NCBI GenBank assembly: GCA_021739695.1
Contig: JAIPBM010000017.1
Span: 4,354-68,353 of the forward strand
DNA from: Flavobacteriales bacterium
GTDB taxonomy: Bacteria; Bacteroidota; Bacteroidia; UBA10329
DNA length: 64,000 bases
Direction: 5' to 3'
Shown here: positions 46,160 to 55,608 of the stretch, piece after piece
How positions within the stretch are numbered: position 1 is the stretch's first letter
Layout: every line of letters starts with the position of its first letter
Translations under genes and position numbers: made by a program
The notes under the pieces: generated by a model
The model's input: the letters and a program-made list of their open reading frames with translations, nothing else
Told to the model about the DNA's origin: nothing
The model's database searches: none

Positions 46160-46363
46160 CTACTCTACCCGTATGCCTTGGCTATTGGCAATACATTCGT
46201 TGCAGTAGGTCTTGCTATCGCAACCCGTTACACCCGGGCAATCTGCCGTGCAGTCTATCAGGTAGAATTGTTCTTCTAATTCCTTATCGTAGCAGTCTTT
46301 TTTGCAGGCTGTGAAGGTGATGCCGATCACCGCGGCCATTAGGAAAAGTGAATTTCGGTTCAT
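46160..46363 (-). CDS. Small Cys-rich lipoprotein with a Kazal-like motif
   Basis: Lipobox ITFTAC. The mature part has 6 Cys and the string CPGVTGCDSKTYCNECIANSQGI, resembling bacterial Kazal-type PVCGCDGKTYSNxCxAxxxGV. Confidence 0.4.
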   Translation of the reverse strand: MNRNSLFLMAAVIGITFTACKKDCYDKELEEQFYLIDCTADCPGVTGCDSKTYCNECIANSQGIRVE

Positions 46364-46486
46364 GTAAAGGGGCTTTTTCAGGTACGGATTACGAAGCAAG
46401 GGTTCGTTTATTGTGTTTTTTAAAAGGTTTGAAAGGCAGACTTTCCAAGCATACGTTAAAATCAGATAAATGATGATGGATCTTTA

Positions 46487-47235
46487 TTAAAATTCTTCTC
46501 TTGATATCAGTTTGCCGTGTTCGTATTCCTCCCTGTACTTTGGTTTAAAGGGGTAACTGTAATATTCCGTGTAATAGCCGTGTTTTTTACCGTCCTCGTA
46601 TACTGTCACACTGTATATAGTGCCATTTGTGTAGAACTGCGTCTGCTTCTGTGGGCCAATCCGTTCGCCATTTCCATGGTTTTCACCAGAGCACCTTTCT
46701 CCTCATCATACATGTAAATGGTTCCGTGTTCTTTTCGTCTTCGCTCCTGCCAAGTGGCACCTATACCCCCATTCTTATAATACTCGGTATGCTCCGTCAG
46801 GTAATTGGTAGCCACATTGCAAGGCTCACCAATGGGTAGGAAATCTATCCGCTTAGCTGGGTTTCCATTCTTGTAATAGTACTTGGCGGTACCAATGGCT
46901 CGGTCGTCTGTCGGATGGCCGTTAAAGCGTATCCTTGTTTGGCTAGTGTCTTTTAAAAGCCATGTGCCCTCGAACTGTATTTGCCCATCGGCATAGTAAT
47001 CCTTGATCACATAAAGCAAGTCTTTAAAGGTGCATACCCGATAATAGCTGTGTTTTTTCTTATTGCATAGCTCCCACTTCTTGTCAAAATATAACGTATC
47101 TGCAAGGGGCGTGCTTTGGGCACGTACCACTACACTTACTACCGTAAATATCACCACAAGAACCACTGTCAGGGCAATACCGATGCCAGATGGACCATCA
47201 TGTTGACGGGTCGGGAATTGGCCAAAAACGTTCAT
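46487..47235 (-). pseudogene. MORN-variant (YwqK-like) repeat protein interrupted by a frameshift
   Basis: The annotated frame stops at 46606. A second frame, open from 46702 to the stop at 46487-46489, continues with textbook repeats (FYTNGTIYSVTVYEDGKKHGYYTEYYSYPFKPKYREEYEHGKLISREEF). Confidence 0.6.
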
Positions 47236-47581
47236 CCTATTTCTATTAATCCTCCGCTTAATGCTAACTGACATTAACGGAAATGCTAATGTAACAAGCT
47301 TCTTACATTTTTGCAGTACTTTATTGCTTGCTGTGATGCTAGAGGTTTAAGTTTAGAGAAATGAAGGGATGCTTGTCTACTGAAAAGCCAAGCGTGCGTT
47401 TGACTCAAAAATCACTAAAAACAGTTCAAATGGCCACATTGGAAAGCTCCCCGCCATGGGCCAGAACCGTGAAATATAATCATCCCAACGTCTTGACATC
47501 TACACCCCTTGAACTGAAGGCCGCTAGCGAGGAAGAACAACTAAAGCCCAATGTCGCACGTAGAGCGTTTCTAAAAAAAAT

Positions 47582-47974
47582 CTAATTCCCCTCTCCAGCA
47601 AGAATCTGAACCGATAAGGCAGTAAGCTCTCCTTTCAAACTTGCATCTTTTCGGCCTTGGGTTTTTATATTCTCAAATACAACCGTGGCACCGTCTTGTA
47701 GCGTGGCAAAGGTTTTTTTCATCTCATCGGTCATCCGATTGCCTTTAGCAGAAAACACCTTATCTGCCACATGCACTTCAAAGGAACTTACCTTATAAAC
47801 CAAATTGCATGGCTCATCGACCAATGCCAACGAATCCGCCCCCATCAGCAAAGCGGATGTTCCCACCTCAATGAAAGGTAGATCGTTGATAGTGGCCATA
47901 GACGAGGCGCAATCTTGCGCATTCGAAACCAATGCAACGGCAAACAAACTGATAACAATGGCCAATTTCTTCAT
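47582..47974 (-). CDS. Small secreted hypothetical protein (possibly GldM-C-terminal-like)
   Basis: Signal peptide from Met 47974 (MKKLAIVISLFAVALVSNAQ). The domain guess is weak and by eye. Confidence 0.4.
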   Translation of the reverse strand: MKKLAIVISLFAVALVSNAQDCASSMATINDLPFIEVGTSALLMGADSLALVDEPCNLVYKVSSFEVHVADKVFSAKGNRMTDEMKKTFATLQDGATVVFENIKTQGRKDASLKGELTALSVQILAGEGN

Positions 47975-48110
47975 GGTGTAGCTGATTAATCTAAAGACAT
48001 ACGTTTGCGCTACCCCAAGGTTACGCAGGTCCCATTGTAAGAATGACAGATCGATAGTCATCAAGTTGTTGAACTAATTCGCATCTTGTAGCTTTCTCAA
48101 ACACTCGGAA

Positions 48111-49430
48111 TTGACAACAGCCATCATCATCACCCTTTGTTCGCTGCTTTTGGTGGCCTACGTTTTTGCGCTCACCTCTGCCAAGACCAAGATTCCATCG
48201 GTACTGTTGCTGCTTATTTTGGGATGGGCTGCCAAGCAAGCCACCGTGTTCCTACATATTCAATTACCTGATTTCAACCCGGCATTGCCCGTCATTGCCA
48301 CCATCGGTCTGGTTCTTATTGTGTTGGAAGGTTCTTTGGAACTGAAAGTAGACAGAACGAAGATCGGGCTCATCACCAAATCGTTTTTCGGTGCCCTCAT
48401 TCCCATCATTCTTCTTGCCGTAGTTATCGCCTACGGGTTCCATTACTTGGGTGACTATGACCTTCGTCTGTGCTTCATCAACGCCATTCCGTTTTGCATC
48501 ATTAGCAGTGCCATCGCTATTCCAAGTGCTGTGAATCTGGATGCGGAAACCAAGGAATTCGTCATTTATGAAAGCAGTCTTTCAGACATATTGGGTGTGC
48601 TCATTTTCAATTTTCTTCTCCTTAATAAGGTCTACGACCAATTCACTTTCCTCCATTTCGGACTGCAGATATTGCTCATGCTGGTCATCTCCATTGCAGC
48701 AACCCTTGCCTTATCGTTTCTGCTTGCACGCATTACCCATCATGTCAAGTTCGTTCCCATTATCCTGCTAGTGGTACTGCTTTATACAGTGCTCAAGGAA
48801 TATCATCTTCCAAGTCTGATATTCATTCTGCTGTTCGGCTTGTTCATTGGGCATTTGCATAAGTTCAAGGATCATCCCTGGGCAGCAAAGCTGATTCCTT
48901 ACGATCCAGAAAAGGATGTGGAACTGTTCACCGTACTCACAATCGAAGGCACTTTCCTTATCCGTTCCTTATTCTTCTTCGTTTTCGGATTTCTGTTGGA
49001 AACGTCCGAACTTACTGACATCGATTCAGGGCTTTTAGCGGTTACAATGGTCTGTCTTTTCATGATTGTTCGGATCATTCAACTGGCCATTTCCAGACTA
49101 CCCCTTGCTCCTCTCCTATTTGTAGCTCCTCGTGGGCTCATCACCATTCTGCTTTTCCTTTATATCACGCCTGCAGAAAGTATTGAACTGGTAAACCGCT
49201 CGCTTATCATTCAGGTAATTGTTCTCACTGTATTGGTCATGACCTTTGGTATGATGGCCAGCGGCTCCAGTAAAAAGACGGAACTAGAACCTGCGATGGC
49301 AGATGATGCTCCTTCAGAAAACCCGATCGATGAGCAGCTACCCGAAGCCATTTCGCAAGTAGCGGAAGAACCAGATGTTCAAACTACGGAGGAGATTCCA
49401 GATGCTACCGATCCAACGGAAGATAAATAG
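48111..49430 (+). CDS. Cation:proton antiporter (CPA family) with an acidic C-terminal tail
   Basis: 439 aa with about 11-12 TM helices and a TTG start. The C-terminal roughly 60 aa are rich in E/D/P. Confidence 0.7.
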   Translation: MTTAIIITLCSLLLVAYVFALTSAKTKIPSVLLLLILGWAAKQATVFLHIQLPDFNPALPVIATIGLVLIVLEGSLELKVDRTKIGLITKSFFGALIPIILLAVVIAYGFHYLGDYDLRLCFINAIPFCIISSAIAIPSAVNLDAETKEFVIYESSLSDILGVLIFNFLLLNKVYDQFTFLHFGLQILLMLVISIAATLALSFLLARITHHVKFVPIILLVVLLYTVLKEYHLPSLIFILLFGLFIGHLHKFKDHPWAAKLIPYDPEKDVELFTVLTIEGTFLIRSLFFFVFGFLLETSELTDIDSGLLAVTMVCLFMIVRIIQLAISRLPLAPLLFVAPRGLITILLFLYITPAESIELVNRSLIIQVIVLTVLVMTFGMMASGSSKKTELEPAMADDAPSENPIDEQLPEAISQVAEEPDVQTTEEIPDATDPTEDK

Positions 49431-49500
49431 CAAGGTTTTCAGCGGAACGATACGCTTCTCACTCCTTCTTCCGAATATTACAGCCTGAAACACGCTTGGA

Positions 49501-50997
49501 TTGAAAAAAGCAAGGACATGTGCAGTGGTGGGTTCGGGTATTGCCGGTCTGGCCGCTGCCATCCGTTTGGCAAAGCAAGGCTTTGATGTGACCGTGTTTG
49601 AAGCCAATGCCACAGCTGGTGGCAAAATGAGTGAGTTGAAAGCCAATGGCTATCGCTTCGATAAAGGCCCAACCGTACTCACCAAACCCGAATATGTAGA
49701 GGAATTGTTTGCGCTTTGCGGCAAGTCCATCACTGGCAAATGGAGCTACACGGCTGTGGAACCCATTTTCCATTATTTCTTTGATGATGGCACCGTAATA
49801 CGTTCATCCAAAGACCAACGGAAATTTGCAGCAGAGGTTGAGGCGAAAACCAACGCATCGGCCAGTTCTGTGCTCGATTTCCTCAAGCAATCGGAGACAA
49901 AGCATGAGCTCACAGACGAGGTTTTTCTGCAACGCTCGCTTCATAAATTCAAGAATTACCTCAACTGGAGCACGCTTCGTGGTGTGCTCAACTTTGCCAA
50001 GGTGGATGTGTTCCGTTCGATGAACAAGGCCAACAGCAAGCAGTTTGCAGACCAGAAAGTGGTGGATATCTTCAATCGCTATGCGAGCTACAACGGTTCG
50101 AACCCTTACCTCGCTCCTGCTACACTGAATGTGATTGCGCATTACGAGATCACCCTCGGTACGTATTTCTCCGAAGGTGGCATTCATCGCATCATTCAGG
50201 TTTTGCAACAATTGGCCGAAGAAATGGGCGTCAAGTTCCGTTTCAACACGCCTGTTCTTGAGTTACTCACCGAAGCAAAACAGGTAACTGGCATCCGAAC
50301 CAAGGAAGGAAAAGAAGATTTTGATCTGGTGGTAAGCAATGGAGATGTGTATAACACGTACAAGCGGCTGTTGCCGAATTCAGTGGCGCCAAAGCGTTTC
50401 ATTGAACAACCACGCTCCAGTTCGGTTATTGTCTTCTATTGGGGTATGGACAGAAGCTTTTCTCAATTGGGCGTGCACAACATGTTTCTGACGAATGATT
50501 CCAAGAAGGAATACGAACATCTGTTCACACATGGAACGCTCTACAATGACCCTACGGTTCACCTCACTATCAGCAGTAAAATGAACGCGAAGGATGCGCC
50601 TGAAGGACACGAAAACTGGGCAGCGCTCATTTCTGTTCCGCACGATACAGGGCAAGATTGGGATGCGCTGGTTTCTTCTTCGCGCAAGCGCATCATCCGT
50701 AAGTTGAATGCCATTCTTAAAACAGACATCGAAGCGAATATCGTATTTGAAGATGTGCTCGATCCGCGGAAAGTGAGCTCGGAAACAGGTGCTGCCTTTG
50801 GAGCTGTTTTCGGTAATAGTTCGAACAGCATGTTCTCCGCATTTCTGCGTCATCCGAACTTCTCTTCCGATCTGGAAAACCTCTTTTTCTGCGGGGGAAC
50901 AGCTCATCCTGGTCCTGGCATTCCATTGTGTCTGCTTTCGGCCAAAATTGCCAGCGACCTGATACAGGAGAAATTCAGGCCAACGAACGAAACATGA
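49501..50997 (+). CDS. Phytoene desaturase (CrtI/CrtD) family FAD-dependent oxidoreductase
   Basis: AVVGSGIAGLAAAIRLAKQGFDVTVFEAN dinucleotide fold and the C-terminal FFCGGTAHPGPGIP motif. TTG start. Confidence 0.8.
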   Translation: MKKARTCAVVGSGIAGLAAAIRLAKQGFDVTVFEANATAGGKMSELKANGYRFDKGPTVLTKPEYVEELFALCGKSITGKWSYTAVEPIFHYFFDDGTVIRSSKDQRKFAAEVEAKTNASASSVLDFLKQSETKHELTDEVFLQRSLHKFKNYLNWSTLRGVLNFAKVDVFRSMNKANSKQFADQKVVDIFNRYASYNGSNPYLAPATLNVIAHYEITLGTYFSEGGIHRIIQVLQQLAEEMGVKFRFNTPVLELLTEAKQVTGIRTKEGKEDFDLVVSNGDVYNTYKRLLPNSVAPKRFIEQPRSSSVIVFYWGMDRSFSQLGVHNMFLTNDSKKEYEHLFTHGTLYNDPTVHLTISSKMNAKDAPEGHENWAALISVPHDTGQDWDALVSSSRKRIIRKLNAILKTDIEANIVFEDVLDPRKVSSETGAAFGAVFGNSSNSMFSAFLRHPNFSSDLENLFFCGGTAHPGPGIPLCLLSAKIASDLIQEKFRPTNET

Positions 50998-51001
50998 TTT
51001 A

Positions 51002-51084
51002 AGCCACAGATTCACTGATTATCACGGATATTACACAGATGAGAAAAAACAGTGACATCAGAGGAAATCTGTGAATCTGTGGCT
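51002..51084. other. Long hairpin: perfect 14-bp inverted repeat separated by 55 nt
   Basis: AGCCACAGATTCAC (51002-51015) and GTGAATCTGTGGCT (51071-51084). There is an inner complementary pair TCACTG/CAGTGA. It lies between the CrtI-family gene and the halogenase gene. Confidence 0.6.
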
Positions 51085-51156
51085 ATTTCATGTCAAGACA
51101 ACATCTTGAAATCATTCAATATCGACCTTCAACATCATAAGCAATACCTTTAGGCC

Positions 51157-52899
51157 ATGGCCAGAGTCAACAATCAAAACCAACCATATCATGTGGTGGT
51201 CTGCGGTGGCGGATTGGCGGGATTGACCCTTTCACTGCAACTCAAAAAACTGCGACCTGAACTTCAGGTAACCGTCATCGAGAAAACCACCCGCCCCCTG
51301 CCCGATGCTGCTCACAAGGTGGGCGAATCGACTGTGGAGATCGGGGCGCATTACTTCGGAGAAGTGCTCGGGCTGAAGTCCTATCTGCAACAGCATCAAA
51401 TGCCCAAACTGGGTCTGCGCTATTTCTACGGAGGTGGAAAGTTGCCATTGGAGCAACGTCCCGAATTGGGCACTAGCATGTATTCGCCCGTTCCTTCCTA
51501 TCAACTCGACCGCGGCACTTTTGAATCGGACCTTCGGGAGATGGCGTTAAAGGCTGGTATACAACTGCTTGAAGGCGCTTCGTTGGAGGATATTCAGTTC
51601 GCGGAGATTGGAGAAAAGCATCAGGTAAATTATTCCTTGAACGGGAAAAGCGGAAGCGTTTCGGCAAATTGGGTAGTTGATGCCATGGGGCGAAGAAGAT
51701 ACCTGCAGACCAAGTTCGGACTGAAGAAGGAAAGTCTGCACTCAGCCAGTGCTGTCTGGTTCAGGATAGAAGGACAAGTGTCGGTCAATGATCTTGTTCC
51801 TGCTTCAAACACCGACTGGCATCAGCGAAATATTGAAGATCGCTACCTCTCTACCAATCACCTCATGGGTCATGGTTATTGGGTCTGGCTCATTCCACTG
51901 GCGACTGGAAATACAAGCATCGGAATCGTAACGCAGAACGACATTCACGATTTCGCGGCCTATTCGCGTTCGTACGAAACCAGTTTTCAGTGGCTCCAAA
52001 CGCACGAACCTCAACTTGCCAAGCATCTAGAAGAACAAGGGCCCATCGACTTCCGAAAGATCAAGAACTATAGCTACGGTTCAGAACAGCTTTTCTCTGA
52101 AAACCGATGGAGTTGCGTGGGCGAAGCTGGGCTCTTCTCCGATCCGTTTTACAGTCCGGGTTCAGACACCATCGCCATTACCAATACCTACACCTGCAAT
52201 CTCATTCTTTCCGATATGAATGGAACGTTCAGCAAGGAAATGGTCGATCTGTTGAACCATGAAGTGCTTGACGTGCGTTTCCCCGATCAGTTGAGCTATT
52301 TCATTAATGGTTACCACACCTTCGGAAATACGGCTGTGGCGGCCACCAAATTCCTGTGGGACACGATCTACTACTGGCGCGTGTATTCGCATCCATTCCT
52401 CTGCGGATTTATGGGCGATACGGAGTTTATTCGGATGTATGCGGAAAAGGTGAAGCAGCTTTCTGTTGTCAATCGCGCCTTGCAGGCTGAGTTCAGAACA
52501 TGGGCTGAAGCAACGGAAGACGCGCATCATTTCGAGTTCTGCAATTTGGCCATCAAACGGCTTTTCATCGAAAGCGCCATCGGACTGATGACCCGTCCAA
52601 AGAAGGAAGACTACCATCGTTATTTGGATGAACAACTGGCATTCTTCACGCAGATAAGCGAGGCGCTTAGAGCCAACGCTGCCGGGCGTTCCGATCTGAA
52701 AGCCTTCGAACCATTCCATGCTTTTTATGGCCCGATTTCGGAAGCAGAAAAGAAGAAGAACCGCACCAATCAGCGCATTGCCAAGATTGGAAATGGCGCG
52801 CTGCTCTACTCCTTCCGCGCGTTCTACTTGCGACTTTTTGTTCAAGGAAAAAACCAAGTACATGGACGTTCTTTCCTTCGGATGCTCTATTCGGAATAA
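51157..52899 (+). CDS. Flavin-dependent halogenase
   Basis: GxGxxG (VVCGGGLAGL), the WxWxIP signature (GYWVWLIPL) and FxxPFxSxG (FSDPFYSPGSD). Confidence 0.75.
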   Translation: MARVNNQNQPYHVVVCGGGLAGLTLSLQLKKLRPELQVTVIEKTTRPLPDAAHKVGESTVEIGAHYFGEVLGLKSYLQQHQMPKLGLRYFYGGGKLPLEQRPELGTSMYSPVPSYQLDRGTFESDLREMALKAGIQLLEGASLEDIQFAEIGEKHQVNYSLNGKSGSVSANWVVDAMGRRRYLQTKFGLKKESLHSASAVWFRIEGQVSVNDLVPASNTDWHQRNIEDRYLSTNHLMGHGYWVWLIPLATGNTSIGIVTQNDIHDFAAYSRSYETSFQWLQTHEPQLAKHLEEQGPIDFRKIKNYSYGSEQLFSENRWSCVGEAGLFSDPFYSPGSDTIAITNTYTCNLILSDMNGTFSKEMVDLLNHEVLDVRFPDQLSYFINGYHTFGNTAVAATKFLWDTIYYWRVYSHPFLCGFMGDTEFIRMYAEKVKQLSVVNRALQAEFRTWAEATEDAHHFEFCNLAIKRLFIESAIGLMTRPKKEDYHRYLDEQLAFFTQISEALRANAAGRSDLKAFEPFHAFYGPISEAEKKKNRTNQRIAKIGNGALLYSFRAFYLRLFVQGKNQVHGRSFLRMLYSE

Positions 52900-52923
52900 C
52901 AACGGTTAAATTTGCCGTCAAGC

Positions 52924-53178
52924 ATGGCATATACTCAAAGTCAAATTCAAGACGAGCTCCACTCCTACCTGTCCAAACGCTTTTTGGCTAAGGGCGTGCA
53001 ATTGGATGCTGCCCTTCCCTTTGCCGACTTCGGCATCGATTCGATGACCGTGGTGGAACTTGTGATGCACATTGAAGAGAAATTCAGTATAGAGATTCCT
53101 GCCGATCAGCTGACTGGAGACAATCTCAAATCGCTGGAATCGTTGGTAAACTGCGCAATGGCTAATCAGGCCAAATGA
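52924..53178 (+). CDS. Acyl/peptidyl carrier protein
   Basis: 84 aa (88 aa from TTG at 52912) with the phosphopantetheine-attachment motif FGIDSMTVVEL. Confidence 0.8.
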   Translation: MAYTQSQIQDELHSYLSKRFLAKGVQLDAALPFADFGIDSMTVVELVMHIEEKFSIEIPADQLTGDNLKSLESLVNCAMANQAK

Positions 53179-54428
53179 ACTATCCAAGCCTTTCCGGTTC
53201 CGATTACTTCCACCTCCTTGTGGACCGAAAAATGCTGCGGAATGGTCTGGTTGGGAATATCTCGCGGATTCATTTGGAACTGGATTCGGATGCAAACCTC
53301 CTTTTAATTGCTGAACGCTTGGACCAAAATCAGGTACTCAACACGGTTGGGCAACTGAAAGTGGTTCATCGGTGGCCATTGCTGCCCAAGTGGGATGAGG
53401 AAAAAGGAAAAAGGAAAAGTGTCCTCGTTCAGTTTAACATGTCAAATTCGGAATTCAACGCTACCGTTCTCAATAGAAAAGTTGACAACGATAACGGCTT
53501 AGTGTTTATCGACCTATGTGAATTGGAAGACGGTACAAAACACATGGTCATTTCCATGCATCACGTGCTTTTCGACCATCAAGGCATGATGAATTTTCTG
53601 CATTCGCTGGCAGAGCCTCATGCTGAGTTTCCGTTGTTTCCGGCAAAAGAACCCTCCTCTTTTTGGAGAAAGTTAAGTAGTGGGCATTACATGACCGTCT
53701 ATATGCTTTGCAGAAGCAGCGGCCAACTTGGCACCTTGATCGGTAAACATGTAAAACCGAAAGAAAGACCTAAATTCAAGTTAATCCACTTCAATAAAGA
53801 AGAAACAGCAAGCATAGAAGCGAATGCTTGGAAAGCAGGTTCACGCATCGGACAGAGCGCGTTCTACTTATCGGCCACTGCGAAAGTCGTAAACGAAACC
53901 CTCTGCAAGCGAGGCGATGAACCACCGTATCTCTGGTTCTCGGTACCGCACAACAACAGACGAAAAGGAACGCTTGGACACTTGGTTTCCAATCAACTTA
54001 GCTTCCTGTTTTTCCGCCTACATAAGGAGGATCTGACTGAAATCACCAGCTCTGTTTCATCCATCAACTACCAACTGAAACAACAGCTCAAAGCACGAAT
54101 CATCGAGCGCTATTCCGAGCTTCAGGATGCCTTGCGCAGGATGCCGCTCTTCATTTACGAGGGCATGGTTGATCTTGCTTCCAAAGGTAAAATGTCCAGT
54201 TTCGGCTACTCAGATCTTGGTGAGCAGAAAACAATTGTGAAGGATTTCCTCGGAGCAAAAGTGCTGCGGATGCATCACTATCCGCCTGTTCCATCACCTC
54301 CCGGATTCAATGTGATCGCTAGTAAGAACAATGGTGAACTAGCGTTCGTATGGGCTTATTTTGATGAAGCCTTGAACCAAAAGGAGATTGAAGAAATGGA
54401 GATTTCGTTCCGAAAAACCCTTCTGTAG
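53175..54428 (+). CDS. Condensation/PapA/WS-DGAT-like acyltransferase (HHxxxD motif)
   Basis: 417 aa with ISMHHVLFDHQG near residue 130, the position and form of the catalytic HHxxxDG motif. Its start overlaps the ACP stop (ATGA). Confidence 0.5.
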   Translation: MNYPSLSGSDYFHLLVDRKMLRNGLVGNISRIHLELDSDANLLLIAERLDQNQVLNTVGQLKVVHRWPLLPKWDEEKGKRKSVLVQFNMSNSEFNATVLNRKVDNDNGLVFIDLCELEDGTKHMVISMHHVLFDHQGMMNFLHSLAEPHAEFPLFPAKEPSSFWRKLSSGHYMTVYMLCRSSGQLGTLIGKHVKPKERPKFKLIHFNKEETASIEANAWKAGSRIGQSAFYLSATAKVVNETLCKRGDEPPYLWFSVPHNNRRKGTLGHLVSNQLSFLFFRLHKEDLTEITSSVSSINYQLKQQLKARIIERYSELQDALRRMPLFIYEGMVDLASKGKMSSFGYSDLGEQKTIVKDFLGAKVLRMHHYPPVPSPPGFNVIASKNNGELAFVWAYFDEALNQKEIEEMEISFRKTLL

Positions 54429-54448
54429 CGGTTTGCCGTGACAAACCA

Positions 54449-55558
54449 TTACAAGTAACCTAACTCATTGAATACAAGACCCCAAGCGATACGCACCTCT
54501 TCCATTTGTTTGGGGTCGTAATCATACTTATTGGTCTTGTAGCCCTCATAGCTTTTCACTTCGGCTTTGATGAATGGCGCAGCTGCTTCAAAATCGAATC
54601 CGAGCGTTTGGTAAGCTCCTTTAAGCGTTTCCATTTCATTACCAATAAGCTCTTCGTATTTGATCTCTACTAGATTTCCTTCAGGAATCAACTTTCTCGT
54701 TTCAAAGTACCTTAAGAACGTTTCTCGGTATGACTTTATGATGAAATCGTTCACCACCTCTTGCGGCCAATGCTGCAAAGCCACCAAAGGGAGCGTAATC
54801 GCATAAAGCCGTTCAGTGGAGAAATAGACTCGGTACGGATCTCTGTAGATGTGAATGAACTTGGCATCGGGAAAAACCTCCAGAATGGCTTCAATTCTCG
54901 AGAGATTCTCTGGCGCCTTGATGATCAGTTGCTTGCCACCGTGTTTTAACGTCAGCTTTTGCATGAAGTACTTGAATGCTGATTGCCACTCCTTTTTCGC
55001 TTCAGCATCATCAAACATTACAAATTGTCTGAATGACCAGTACATGATCTTTGGAAACATGTAGCCTGGTAGCATGCTTGCCCAACTCATATTTCCGATG
55101 GAATACTCTGGTTCTGTGGGCATATCTACGCTTAGGCGAAGATTGTCCATTGGACGTTTTTCCGGCACGCGGTTTCCGAGCATGCGCTGCAGCATCTTCT
55201 CAAATGAGAGGTATAACCAAGGCATGAAACTTTCCTTTACGGACAGGAAGGCAAACTGCGGATCGCGGCCAAGCAGGTAGTGCAGATACGTGGTTCCGCT
55301 ACGCTGATGACCAAGTATAAACACAGGTGCTTTCACTTCCGTTTCGCGGATTTGCTTATCCCATCTCAACCGCTCCCACCAAATGAGCGGGGTAAAAAGC
55401 ACGATCAAGAGTGTGATGACGATACATTTAGGAATGAAACGCCATTCAATTTGAGCACGATAACGCCAAACCATTCCCAGCCAAGTGCTCAGGTTCGCTC
55501 CCATCACCGTAGGTGCAGAGAAATCGAAATGACTTTTAGGTCCGATGATCTTGTTCAA
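54449..55558 (-). CDS. Membrane-anchored PAPS-dependent sulfotransferase family protein
   Basis: One TM (IVITLLIVLFTPLIWW), a 5'-PSB loop (LGHQRSGTTYLH) and a 3'-PB-like IYRDPYRVYFS. Confidence 0.7.
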   Translation of the reverse strand: MNKIIGPKSHFDFSAPTVMGANLSTWLGMVWRYRAQIEWRFIPKCIVITLLIVLFTPLIWWERLRWDKQIRETEVKAPVFILGHQRSGTTYLHYLLGRDPQFAFLSVKESFMPWLYLSFEKMLQRMLGNRVPEKRPMDNLRLSVDMPTEPEYSIGNMSWASMLPGYMFPKIMYWSFRQFVMFDDAEAKKEWQSAFKYFMQKLTLKHGGKQLIIKAPENLSRIEAILEVFPDAKFIHIYRDPYRVYFSTERLYAITLPLVALQHWPQEVVNDFIIKSYRETFLRYFETRKLIPEGNLVEIKYEELIGNEMETLKGAYQTLGFDFEAAAPFIKAEVKSYEGYKTNKYDYDPKQMEEVRIAWGLVFNELGYL

Positions 55559-55608
55559 ATGAAAGGGCTCTCGTGCTCGTTTTCTAACTTGGCGGCAAAT
55601 ATGCGGAA

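Noticed and set aside
47361-47585. 74-aa ORF in the 300-bp gap upstream of the MORN gene.
   Set aside because: It has no recognisable motif or hydrophobic or structural pattern and an odd composition, and its end abuts a convergent gene. It is more likely non-coding. I found no convincing structured-RNA signature there either.
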